From positions 1 through 64,000 of the forward strand of contig CT868518.1 in NCBI GenBank assembly GCA_000165425.1: a DNA stretch of 64,000 bases, read 5' to 3'. The DNA comes from Paramecium tetraurelia (taxonomy: Eukaryota). The translations under genes and the position numbers were made by a program. The notes beneath the pieces were generated by a model. It was not told the DNA's origin. It saw only the letters and a list, made by a program, of their open reading frames with translations, and did no database searches. Numbering within the stretch: position 1 is the stretch's first letter; the number at the start of each line of letters is the position of its first letter. Of this stretch, positions 51,520 through 64,000 are shown piece by piece.

Positions 51520-54500
51520 TCATTATACTTGTTTCCATGTCTTATCATACACTTCCAATTCCTCCAGTGGAATGCTATCAAATAACAACACATCCTCCTT
51601 AGACTTAATGATCCTCTTATCCAGCTCCAATTATACAACATAGTATTGCACTTCGTCATTCTTGTTCAAAATTTTCCCGATGACATCACAAGTATAGAAT
51701 TGTTTGGAACCATCTCTGCATCTCAAATACGCTAAATGAGAATTGAAGGTAGATGCTTTCTCATTCATCAAAATGCAATTATTATCCAAAGATATTAATC
51801 TGCTGTTATTTTCTAATAGTTCTTTTATAGAGGTTGCAGAAGTTTGCTATTCCATGGTTAATTTAAACTATTTATTTAGCTAGTATTGCAAGTTACGAAT
51901 GTTACCGAAACTACTAAACTTTAGACTTAAAATTAAAGTTTCTAATAATATTATTATTTGTACATGTTCGTAACTGTGACAAGAAAGAACCTGCATTGTC
52001 TAGCAGATATAATCTATTCTTATGATCAATTAACAACATATCGTATGAGTTATACTTTAAATAATGATCTAACAATAAACCATTGAAATAAGTTGTTAAA
52101 TCTACACTTTACCCATAATTTTCATCAGATAGTATTACTTTTAAAAATTTAACATCTCCATTATTTTCTAATTATTCTCTCCTCAATTGTTTATGACTGA
52201 TCTTTTCATTTGGGATGAATAAATTTAAGACCTCCAATTATTTCTAATTATTCTAATTTAACTTCAACAAAATATCAATTAAGTATATTTATTAATTCCC
52301 TTTTAACATAAATTTTTAATATAATTCATCCAAATTATATGATGCTTGATCCAATTTAAAGTAATGCTGCATCAATTAATTGAAGTCTGCAAAACTTAAT
52401 ACATTCCCTAGTTTAAATGCATCTGGATGCTAGGAGAAATTGTGCTAAACTTTGAATTTTTATGCAAGGTCATTAAAACTATTTATAGCATTGTCTTTAC
52501 TCATCACTCTTTCATATGGCAATCCTTCTCCTATTAACAAAATTGAATATTCTAACTCAGATATTTAATAGTTTCTTTCCATATCATAATTGTCATTTAA
52601 GATTAATGTATTCTTGTATATAGTATTTACTAATAAGTAACCAATATCAATTTATGCCTTAAAATTCTCATTTATTTAAATATCCACACTCTAAGAAGTG
52701 AATGGCAATTCAAAATATAATCCATCCTATTCATTTTTTCTTTGATTCTATATTGTAACTACATTTTATTCATGGAAGACTATTTAATGCAAATACATAG
52801 AATGAATTAAAATATGAATCTTTTCAACTTTTTACTTGAATAGATACTTTTATTGAGATCTCTACTAAGTTGCTGATTATTAGTACTATTCATGAATCTC
52901 ATAAATAGAACCTTCATGTTCCTCAGGAACATCAATAATAATACTTTATTAATGAGATTGTTATTATTATTATTAGATCTGATCTTTGCAAATCTGCTCT
53001 GATGGATTACCATTTTAGGTCAAGATCTCTAAGATTTATTCATCAGATTCTAAATATATGAATTCCTGATGATTATATGAGTTATAACATGCCATGATCA
53101 ATTTTTCAGGATCACATAACAACTTACCATAAATAGTCAGCCCTGTTATGAATTCTTCTTTGGTTCTATATTTTTTAGAGTCCACTTCATTTAGAATTCC
53201 ACCAATCACACTGGCTATTGCCCTGTCAAAATCTCCATTTACAAAACCTATCCCAATTATATAATCAAATACCCGTAACCATATATCAAAATAAAAGAAA
53301 TCACTAAATAGATTATTCATATGAGTCCTAAACCATTAAAAATCTAGTTTATCACATTACATTTTTGGAATCATTAGTTTGTAATCTAAACATAAAATTA
53401 TTTTCAAAACATAATCATCACAATCTTCTCTTAAATTAAAAAGTTGGAACAATCTTACAGTCAAAATCAATTAATTTTTCTTATGATTACTCAACTCAAA
53501 ACAATTCAACAGATATGCAATCCTATCTTTCAATAATTACAACTTCTTAATATATTGATCTGTCCAAACAGTAGTCTATCTAAATTATAAACTATCTAAG
53601 TAATGTTAAACTTTCTCATGATTGGACAATATAGTATCTTACTCTATATACTAATTTATTTCATTCTAAATGAGATCTAAAATGCTTTCGTTTTGATTCC
53701 ACTCTATTCCAATGTCTTGCAAGAATTTTGTAATTTTGTTATTAAATTAGAGGAAAATAGGAATCAATTCATTCCTAGATTATTTAGTAAACCCTTTCCT
53801 ACATGCCTAAATTAATTTATTTTTCACAAAATCCTATTTATTTTGAATCGGGTTTACTTACAAATATTCAGCAAGCAAAGTAAATTTACCTTTTTATTCT
53901 TCAATTCCTTATTCTTCTACAATGAACTCTTAAATTTCAATCAAATCATCCTCTGATTATTTACTATTAACCCAAATCTGCCCTCTAACTTGAAGAGCAA
54001 ATTCCAAAGCTTCAACTTTGAATGAATCCCATTACTATTACAAACTATTAAAAGGAGATTTTAGTTGTCTTGCAAAATACTTCATTTCCTGAGCTGTAAA
54101 TGGCACTTCAATAATATCTAAGTAAAATGGATTAACAGTAGAATTTAAAATCGAAAAGGGACTATCCTCATAAATGTCCATTTATATCATAGGAACATTT
54201 AGTAATTAATTACCTGTCACTTTTTATTACAAATTCGCTGACACTTCTAAACTAGCAAAATGTCTTCGATTATTATTTAAGTTTTTCTCGAAATCTCTCA
54301 TATAAATTCTACCTTGCATAACCTTCTTAGCAGTAGCCAAAAAAGCCAAAATGTTATTTTATTCTTCTTGTGCTCTAGCCAAAATCTTCTCATTTACTTC
54401 CTGATAGTCATCATAAATCACTATATCTAAAGCATCCTACATCTGAAATCCAGACAAAGTCACCTCAAGCTCAGCTGTCCATCCCTTCTTATCTAATTAC

Positions 54501-55634
54501 ATAAAATTGATCTCTTGACCTTTATCAAATTCTATTTTACCTTGATAGTTGGATTCTAAACCCTTAAAGTAAACATACAAAATAGGATTAAACAATTTAA
54601 TATGTTAGCCTATTATAAGTTTAAATTTAGTAAGATGTAGATCTTTATATTAAGGTAAATTTTATTATTAATGCTGCTGCTAAATTTGAGACTACTATAT
54701 TTAAGAGATTCTTTACTACTCATTTTCAATAGCATCAATCTCTGTTTACAGTTTTCTTTCCTCGTCTTCCAATTCTCTTTATTAATATTCTTCTAACTCT
54801 TCATTTTCTCTTAAAATACCTCCTGCAACTTATCTCCAAAGATAAAGCAATTATCTTATTGCTTTTACCTCCTTATTCTTGAAAAAATTCTCTGATTATT
54901 TCATTATCTCAACTTTTTATTGCTTAATATTTTGTTTTTTATGCTTTTCCTCATATTCAGCCTTTTTAAATAGGATATTTAGCATTTCTTCATATATTGG
55001 TTTATCATAATCAAGCAATTCATCGAAGTCTAATAGAAATTCATTTTATTCTTTTAGTTGCTAATATTGAATTTATTGAGCTTCATTATTCATTTTTTCA
55101 ATTGAGCTTTCAACTATCTTCAAACTTGATAAATGAAACCAAACTGACTAGATCCTTGTAAGATTATCATTGAAATGATTGAGTCTCTCTTGATTTTTGA
55201 ACTTCAAAAATTCTGCAAATCTTATGCCTGCCTCAATATTGTCAAAATAAACTGCTGTGGGTTTTTCAAATTGTTAAATTTATGTCTTATTCAATCCTTC
55301 AGAAGAACGATCAAATAATATTCTAACATTCTTGCTCTAATTGGTTGTCCATCTGAAAAAAGTCTTTTGATTTTCTGGTAACTTTTCAAACTCTTACTAA
55401 TTTATTACACAGCAATACTTTAGTAATCAAAAGGAAACCATTTGGGTATTTAATTGTCTTTTAATTTTTAATTTGAATCATATTTGTCTCCTGCAGTCTG
55501 ACTTACCTAGACAATATTTTTCCATTTTTTTTCGGTTGCTTTTCCATTTCAACTTATTAACCTATTAGAAATTTTCTCGTATTCTTATCATGAGTTTAGT
55601 AAAAACTCTTTGTAAAAATTTAAGATTGCTTCAT
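51520..55634 (-). CDS. Large protein with coiled coil, possible C2-like region and Rab-GAP TBC-like domain
   Basis: Long code-6 frame; CRKGFTKQSRNELI and NLFSDFFYFDIWLRVFDYII resemble the TBC start and end, but the catalytic-finger motifs are not evident. Confidence 0.6.
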
Positions 55635-56740
55635 AATAAATATTAAATAATAATTGAAATGTTAAATCAATCAACTTAGATAATATTTTCATAAAAATAA
55701 GATGTGTAATTATTTATATACAATTTGGAATTCATTCAAGGTAATAAATATAGGATTCATTTTGAAAACTGCATAGTCATCCTAAGTTAGTAATCTACGA
55801 TATCCTTTTTCACCATAAAGTTCCTCCTGAATTCCTTATAATCCAAACTTTTCCCTTTAAAAGTCAGTAGGCAACATGGTTTAACAATTTATATTTTCAT
55901 ATATCAATGGCATCATTCTGACTATATTAACAAGAACTGGCAAAAACAAAAACAGTATTTGATTAAATGAAACATGCAGAGTAATTACAATAGTAATGTC
56001 CACAAAATTATCATTAATTTCAACTTGATATAGGAGCATGTGAACAAAGATCTATTAAACTAATAAATTAAGCTGACAAGCAGATACAACTAATAACCTA
56101 GATAATTTGTATTATCAAGTTTACATTTAGCATTATTATTTTTACCAATTTATAGAAGTGAAACCATTCTTTTAGACCTAAGGGATTACTAAAATTTTCA
56201 AGACCCCTATGGAATTATTTTTTTTGTATCTTCATAAGATCAATTAATTATTAATCTGATATCAGTGCTTTTTTTTAGAAGCACTCCTTTCAACTGAACC
56301 AGCATGAGAGAAAGCCAAGCATGAACCTAAATTACCTTAGTTCCAGTCTATTTTAGTTTTTAACCATTTTTCTAATCAAAATTATAGCTGCTAATACTAA
56401 GAATTTGTTTATTATTATTAATACTCCTTTATCAATAATTGACTTTCAGAATTGTAGTAGTAATTTCACTGTTAAATTAAAACTAATAATTTTATAATTG
56501 ATCACTTTTAAATAAAAAATATCGTACTAAATTTCTATGTAATGTTACTTATTTCAAAAAAAAATTAAACTGATAGAACGAATTAGGAATAAATTATTTA
56601 AACTAAAAATTTACAAGAATGAAATCATAAAATTTGGATGGGTCATATGTTTAATATATAATTATAATTTTTATCCTCTTTTCCGAATTTAATTATTTTG
56701 ATAATATTTTATATATTTTTTATTACTTTTTGACAATTTC

Positions 56741-57492
56741 ATGAGCAAACCAGCCAAGTTTATAGCCATCCTTTACGATATTTTGGAAGTAAGATGAAGA
56801 TCGTAAATATTAAATAGAAAGAAAGCTTTTAGACTACTATTCGTTGGACAAAGGATGGAAAAGGTTTTTAGATTTTAAGAATTCCGGAATTTCAAAGCAA
56901 TATTATGGAAGAATTTTTTAACACATAGAATTTTTAATCATTTTTAAGGCAGTTGAGTTTGTATGGATTTAAGATGAAAAAAAATGAAAAAAATTAGAAA
57001 ATCTACAATCACCCTCTCTTTTTCCAAGGCAACTAGTACGAATTATGGCTATTTTAGTTAAGAACTTCACAAAATTTAAAGAAGGAAAAAAGCAAAAGAA
57101 AATGGAGAACAATATTTTGAAAGTATTACCCCTCAAATATCGATCAATAATATGAGAAATCAACTAGAGATCCTGAGGAAATAGTAACAAAAGTTGCTAA
57201 TGCAAATGAGAATTCAATTTCAGATATAATTTTTAATTGCAAAAAAAATTAATGCAATAGTTGATGTATTTTTTCCGATTTTACTTTATAGCACTTTAAA
57301 GAGAATTACACAAATGAACAACGGAGAGAAGTATATGAAAAGCCTATGCATTTGCTATTCCATTTGATTTTTGGACATAAGCCAGAATACGCTAGCGATC
57401 TTATGGAGCCATTATATGAAGATATAATTGGACAACTATCACCATTTTCAGAATTCCCTTGCTCTCCTATTTAATTCGCAAGATTGTTTTGA
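56741..57492 (+). CDS. Second, divergent HSF-type DNA-binding protein
   Basis: AKFIAILYDILE, IRWTKDGKGF, NFQSFLRQLSLYGFK, YNHPLFFQG, LHKIQRRK; three tiny introns. Confidence 0.88.
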
Positions 57493-57754
57493 CTTTTTTG
57501 TATTTAAATAATGTTAAACTTAAAAATATAATATTTTGTTGATTGTTAAAATTAACAAAGCAATCTTGAATTCAGCTATTTTTCATCTGTTGCTATTGAA
57601 ACCGAAGGAGAAGTTTGGAAAATATATAAATTATTACATTTTTATAAAATTATAATAAAAGTGTTGTGTTTATACCTTTACTAAATTTCAAAATTAAATT
57701 TTTATGTTTTCCCTCTAAATAATAAATTAATTAGTCTTAAATTTATAATATAAA

Positions 57755-60700
57755 ATGGAAGAACTTGTTCAATAAATGATTGCAATTTCAGGAGGATAAA
57801 TGAATGAAGAGAAAGCCAAGTAATATTTGCGATATGGCAAAAATGACATAGAATTAGCATTAAACTACTTTTATCAAGCTGAGGAGAGAAAGAAGAGATA
57901 ATAGCCAACTGCGGGTATTACAAAATTAATGGAAGGAGCCAAAAAACAATAATAGTTATAAAAGATTCTGAAGGACTTAAATTAGGAATATTAAAAGCCT
58001 ATCGAGGAATGCTTGGATCAATAGATAGTTTTGAGCAAACCCTCTGGAAATTTAGATTTCCAATAAACAAACGATATTGAGGAGATTGCAATTCAATATG
58101 CTTAAGAAAAAAGACAAGCTAAATTTAGATAGAGTTCAGAAGTGTTGAAATAATAAAAAAATGAGGAAGAGCAAAAAAACACATAATTACAGAATTAATA
58201 ATAAAAAAATAAAAAGAAGTAGAATAAGACTAAGGAATAGAAAGATTAAATATTGGAAGAACGAGAAACTAAATAAACCGATGAATCAGAAAATAATGAA
58301 AAAAAAAACTAAAATTCTGGGTTAAAACTGAATTCAGGAGAAACAACTATTAACCGCGGCATTACATTTCCACTCTTTATAGGAAGTGCAAAAATCAAAG
58401 GTTATGCTTTGGGAAGTCAGAATTTGAAGGATGTACAATAATAACCAATCCAACTTATTTTGGATGGGACTTGCAAAGTAGTTGACAAAGGAAAAAAATC
58501 AAATAAAATTGTGAAAGGATAAAACATAATTAGAATAGGCCACAATGACCGAGAAGTAAGTTTATGTAATCATATTAGATAGGTCGATTGAATTCAGAAT
58601 ACGAGGATCTATTTAGTCCATTGCTATAGGAGAACTATGTAAAAATAATTGGATATCATGTTCAATCCTAGGTCCTATGTAAGACACATGATTTAATATT
58701 ATTGTAAATTGATGTGTTTCTAAACGAGAAGGCATTATCTGATGGAACAAGCGATTAGTTTGATGATGCTGTGCAAGAGTTTGTTAGATATAGTGATAAC
58801 TTTTAAAAGTTATATGATTTAGTCAATTGCAAATTGATAACTTCTACTAAAGTGGATTTTATTGATAAGAAAAAAATCGAAAACAGCAGTGTGGAAATAA
58901 AAGAGAATAGTAATAATAACACCTTAAGTAAAACGGCAGTGACCTATTAGGAAGACCCATTTAAGTAGAAGCCAAAACAATTATCTCTCAATGATTTTAA
59001 ACTAAAAAATAATGTTTCAGATTAGAGTTAAATGATGAAAGTAGAAATAGAAAGGGAGAAGACTTAAAATGAAATGAATGTAGAAATAGATTGCGATAAG
59101 TTCCTAGGCTTTAATAATTGTACTCATCATGATTTGGAGATGCATCAAGGTCCAAAATAATTGGGCTCTAAACTATTTGATTATTAGAAACAAGCATTAA
59201 CATGGTTATTGTAGAGAGAAGGAGTGATTAAAGTGGATGACGAAAGCTCTTCTAATGCTTTACATCCTTTATGGAAAGAGTATTAAACTAGTCAAGGCTT
59301 AAAAATATATTTCAATCCCTTTTCAGGTTAGTCTTCTTTGGATTTTCCATCCTCTTCTCGAAGATGTAATGGAGGCATTCTAGCCGATGAAATGGGTTTG
59401 GGTAAGACTGTTATGTTGATTTCTTTGATTTTGGCTAATCCATTTAAAACTCCTTAGGACTACTATCATAAAAGTACAAAAAAGAATTAGAATCAAAGTG
59501 GGAAGAAATGGATTGGGGATTATGTAGGTTATAAGAAGAAGAAGTGGGCTAGGACATTAATTATAGTTCCGGTGAGTTTGTTATAATAATGGCAAGATGA
59601 ATTGAATTATCATTGTAGTTAGCATTTGAGAATATTTCAATATACTGGGGCTGAAAGAAATCTATCAGATTTATGCCAATATGATGTGGTGGTCAGTTCA
59701 TATCATACAATTAGTGTAGAATTTAAGAAACCCTCCAAAGATCCCTACTCAGTGTACAATTATAGTTGGTACAGAGTAATTCTGGATGAGGCTCATTATA
59801 TAAAGGGGAGAACAACATTACTTGCCTAAGGAGCTTATGAATTAGATTGTTATTATAGATGGTGTTCAACTGGTACACCTATTTAGAATAATCTTAATGA
59901 TATGTTTAGTCTAATCCACTTTATTAAATTAGAACCATGGTCTGATTATCTCTGGTGGAATGCATATATCAATAAACCCCATGAGGAAGGGAAGGATAAT
60001 ATATTTCCTCTATTAAATTCCATCCTTAGACCAATTTTGTTAAGGAGAACCAAGAAGAGCAAGGATCAAAATGGAAGGCCCATAATCAATTTACCCAATA
60101 AAGAAATTCATTTTGAATACATAGAATTAAAGAAGGATGAGAGAATGGTCTATGATAAGATGGAGAAGAAATCTCAGGATGAAGTTGAAGGGTACTTAGC
60201 CAAAGGAATCTTAATGTCTCAATATATGAAAGTGTTTGAACTCTTAATTAGACTCAGACAAATTTGTGATCATCCCTTACTCATCACATCTAGAAGTGAT
60301 GTCAAGAATATTGATCAATTGGAAGAGCAAATTGATAAATTCCTTAGTAGTCAATCTTTGGATAGAGAAGATTAAGAGGAACTGTTAATGAACAATTAAT
60401 AAGTTTAGATCTGTTAAGATCAACAATAATATAAACAAGAAGTTTTGAGGAGAGTCAAAGAAAATGATATTCCACCATGTCCTGTATGTTTAGAATAGGT
60501 TGAAGATACAATTGTCACTATTTGTTTGCATTTTCTTTGTCGATTATGTTTATATGGTATTTTAGCTAATTCCAGTGAATGTCCGTATTGCAGGAAATAT
60601 TTAACCAAATAGGATACTATGACTTTGCCTAGGGAGAGTTCATTTAGTTTAAATTGGAAGGAGAACTATAAAAGATCAAGTAAAATAGAAAAAGTAATGC

Positions 60701-61236
60701 AAATATTGGACGCTATTCCAAAGAATGAAAAATGTGTGATATTCACTCAATTTATTGGCATGATACAAATGATTGAATTTGATCTTGATAATTAGAAAAT
60801 TAAGCATTTAGTAAATTATTGATTGATATTTTTAGAGATTGGATGGAAGTATGCCATAATAGGAGAGAGCCGAAGTGTTGAAGACTTTCAAAGAGGACGA
60901 TGAATACAGGATATTTATAATTTCACTCAAAGCTGGTGGGGTTGGATTAAATTTAACTTCTGCCAATCATGTCATTATGATAGATCCTTGGTGGTAAATT
61001 TATTAATAAATCATGAAAGGAATCCTGCTGTAGAAGAATAGGCTATAGAAAGAGTTTATAGAATTGGTTAGACAAAAGAGACACATGTTTATAGATTAAT
61101 TTGCAAATAGACTGTAGAGGAAAGGATGATCAAGCTTCATGATGTTAAGAAATAGTTGTTCGAATCAAGTATAAGGACTGAAGAAAGAAGCAGTCTAAGA
61201 ATGGAAATGTTCAAAAATATTATTTTGGGATCTTGA
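57755..61236 (+). CDS. RAD5: RAD5/HLTF-like SNF2 helicase-RING ubiquitin ligase with N-terminal UBA-like and probable HIRAN regions
   Basis: GGILADEMGLGKT, RVILDEAHYIK, TGTPIQN, RLRQICDHP, RING CPVC..CLHFLCRLC..CPYC, SLKAGGVGLNL, WWNPAVEEQAIERVYRIGQ. Confidence 0.92.
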
Positions 61237-61803
61237 ATTATTTCTTTTTTATCAATATTATTTAAAGTATATTTACTTTGTGATTTATTTTTCAGATTAG
61301 ATATTGTTACAAATAAAAAAGTTAAAATATTCTAATTTCGGTTTATTTGCTAAAATAATATTAAAATATTAATCATTCCTGAATAAATCACCTCTCCTAT
61401 TAAATTGCATTCTCATAGCTCTCTTCTAAGATTATTTATGAAAGAAAGAAAGGAAAATAAAAACTTGTAAATGCTTAAATGGATTTAAATATGTTTCTAA
61501 TTAAGTTCATTATTTTGCAACTAACTTTGATAACATCGTTTTCTTCATTTAAAATAAACACTCATTAGATGCTTCCTGATAGTTTCTAAGCGAATGCAGT
61601 ACTTTTATCAAATTTGTAACGAATACAATACTAGAAGTGTGATTCAGCTAAAAATGAAAAGGAATAGTTATTACGAATGTATTAAATAGAACGATTCTTA
61701 CTAATCACACTTAATAGAAATATTATTATATGTATTAATAAAAGAGTTGGCTCAATTAATTTAAATTCAGCACAATAAAAAAAAGAGCATATTAATATTA
61801 TTA

Positions 61804-62061
61804 ATGATGAATGAATCCTTTTTTAGGATGTGTTTTTAAACCTTGCGCTCCCTTGGTGAACTTAAACTTGTTAATGAGGAGGAGAAACTTATCCTGAAAG
61901 ATCTAATAGTTAGGAATGAATTTAAAATACCCTCTACAATTAGTGCAGAATAACTCTCTTTCTTTTTTTTATAATTAATTAGAAAATACAGAAGGGAGTC
62001 CACGATCAAGTAGGCCTCGCTCCTTATAATTGATGAGGAGACCGATGAAGAGGTGTTTTGA
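61804..62061 (+). CDS. Small hypothetical protein, 85 aa
   Basis: MMNESFFRMCFQTLRSLGELKLVNEEEKLILKDLIVR...SLLIIDEETDEEVF*; similar to the next gene. Confidence 0.7.
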
Positions 62062-62375
62062 AAGTCCTGTTTAAAAATATTTCAGTGAGATTTGTGTGTA
62101 TATATTTTCTCCAAAACCATATATTAACCAATTATTAGTTATTTAGAATATGAGAAATGCTTCTAGAATTCTTGCCATATATAATTTTTTTTCACCAACA
62201 TCGCCAATATTGCGCATCTTAAAATAAATAACATAAAATTAATACGCATTATTTTATCACCAATATATATCCAAAATACAATTAATTTTCCAAAAATAAA
62301 CTAAAAATAAAATCCCCTTTTAACTTAATTTGATATAATTTAAAATTATATAATATAAAAATCAATTTTTCTTAA

Positions 62376-62636
62376 ATGACACAAACCTACTTCTAAAATG
62401 CTCTTAAGTATGTGCAAACTCTCTATGATCAAAAATATATCGCCAAAGAGGAAAAATCAATACTCAAAATGATAATTATGCGTCAAGATGTTAATGACAA
62501 GTTAGTAGACAGAAGAGATGCAATAACTTAAGTCTCTCAAAAATTAAAGACACTCAGAAGAATCAAGAGGTTACATCTCTAAACTTCGAGCAGTTTAAAT
62601 CAAATTACTGAAAAAAGCATCGAAATCGATTCCTGA
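62376..62636 (+). CDS. Small hypothetical protein, 86 aa, same family as previous
   Basis: MTQTYFQNALKYVQTLYDQKYIAKEEKSILKMIIMR...SLNQITEKSIEIDS*. Confidence 0.7.
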
Positions 62637-62932
62637 AAGGAACTATTTTCTAATGATTTTAATTTGTTTTTATTTATTCGTAATTAATACTTAAAGTTAT
62701 TCAATTCACTGATTCAATATAAAAATTAATAATATAATAACCAATAATTTGTATCTCCAATCTGAATTACAAATACTTAGCTTAATAATATTAAGAACCT
62801 TCTTCTTAAACTATTACATTATTCTGAGATAATAAAATATTGTGAACCCTAATGGTGGTTCGTTATGTAATGAGTAAAAATATTGAAAAATAATCAAATG
62901 AACTATTTTGCTTCTGTAAAAATAATTATAAA

Positions 62933-64000
62933 ATGTAATCTAGTCCGTTAAAAAAAAAGTTCAATCTCACTCTAAATACGTCAAGAGGAACTCGGGCTTC
63001 GTTTTAGGAGTCCTGCACTTCTAAGTCTCCTTTTAAGTGTAACACAGATCAGATAATAAAATGTAATCAACTTGAATAGGAATTGCATAGATCAAATTAG
63101 CAAAGGAAATTGTTAGAGCTAGAATTGGATGATTTAAATAACCAATACATTAGGAAATCATCCGCCCTACATGATTGTGAAATGGAAAACCTATTATTAA
63201 AGCAATAAATTTAAGCAATAAGACAATAGCATGAAATATAGAAACTATAGTACACTTACAAGTAATTATTTATTAAAAGCAGATAGAAAAACTAGAGCTA
63301 TTTGGAATAGTATCATAAGTTCAGATGCATGGAAAAAACTCTGGAATCCGATAATAATTTGGAATAGTAAATAAAACAATTATCAGAATAAAATGAATCA
63401 ATGAAGTAATAGCTATAAGAAATGAAATTGCAATACAAAATCATCCAAGATAATTATTAGGAAATAAAAGTGGAGAGGAATTCTTTCTATTAAAAATTGG
63501 TGGAAATTTAAACGAAAGGCACATCAAAGGAGGACAAGATAAAATAATTGGAGAATGACAACAATCTTCACCAAAGCCAGATAAATCAATTAACTGAGAG
63601 CAATAAGAAGTTATAAGAGCAGCTCAAGCAATTAGGTAAAGTTTAAGAGAAAAAAGAAAAATGGAAAATTCGATATAAGAATTATAGGAACGAGATCGAG
63701 TATCAATAAATTAAGAGCAGGAAATCAAGTGATTCCCAATAAGTATAGGAGGGATAGAAGATTGGTTCCGATTAGAATAATCTGATTGAGGAGTTGACTG
63801 AATTGAAAGACAAGTTACAATAATTGGAAGTTGAAAATTAATATTTGCGTGAATAAAATATTGAGATGTAAACCTAGCTATAGCTGACTACTGATAAGTT
63901 ACTTAAATAGCAATTATAAAATTCATTGCCTAAGGAACAAAGCTAAGCATTTTCATTTTAATAATATAATCAAAATTATTATAAATCTAATTAGCAATAA
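62933..64000 (+). CDS. Coiled-coil protein, runs off the window
   Basis: MQSSPLKKKFNLTLNTSRG...; heptad-rich Q/E/K/L frame still open at 64000. Confidence 0.7.

Noticed and set aside
55680..56420. Minus-strand coding-like region
   Set aside because: Could not build a consistent gene model; may be a pseudogene.
1..64000. Short ORFs in the supplied track as independent small genes
   Set aside because: They were computed with TAA/TAG as stops. Most are fragments of longer code-6 genes or antisense shadows (e.g. 8134-8352, 13226-13587, 29649-30211).

Overview
AT-rich, gene-dense eukaryotic DNA that reads as ciliate macronuclear sequence, most likely Paramecium. Genes open only under genetic code 6 (TAA/TAG = Gln, TGA the sole stop), carry tiny 20-30 nt GT..AG introns and are often separated by under 100 bp. 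The supplied standard-code ORF track is therefore mostly fragments or wrong-strand noise. By hand I find about 28 apparently intact genes and 3 disrupted loci. They include trichocyst matrix proteins (two intact, one pseudogene), a Ser/Thr kinase, a PHO80-like cyclin, two tandem hybrid histidine kinases, a ~2,800-aa surface protein, a BAH-PHD reader, EXO1, a SAPS protein, a dCache membrane protein, a bZIP-like factor, two HSF factors, a prostaglandin-reductase-like enzyme, a P4-ATPase, a chromate transporter, a TBC-like protein and RAD5. The most unusual item is a single gene fusing F-box, RCC1-like repeats, SAM and an MJ1316 RNA-end-recognition domain. I recognised no rRNA, tRNA, CRISPR array, transposon or telomeric repeat. 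All domain calls come from motif recognition by eye, not database searches, and gene boundaries depend on hand-placed introns.
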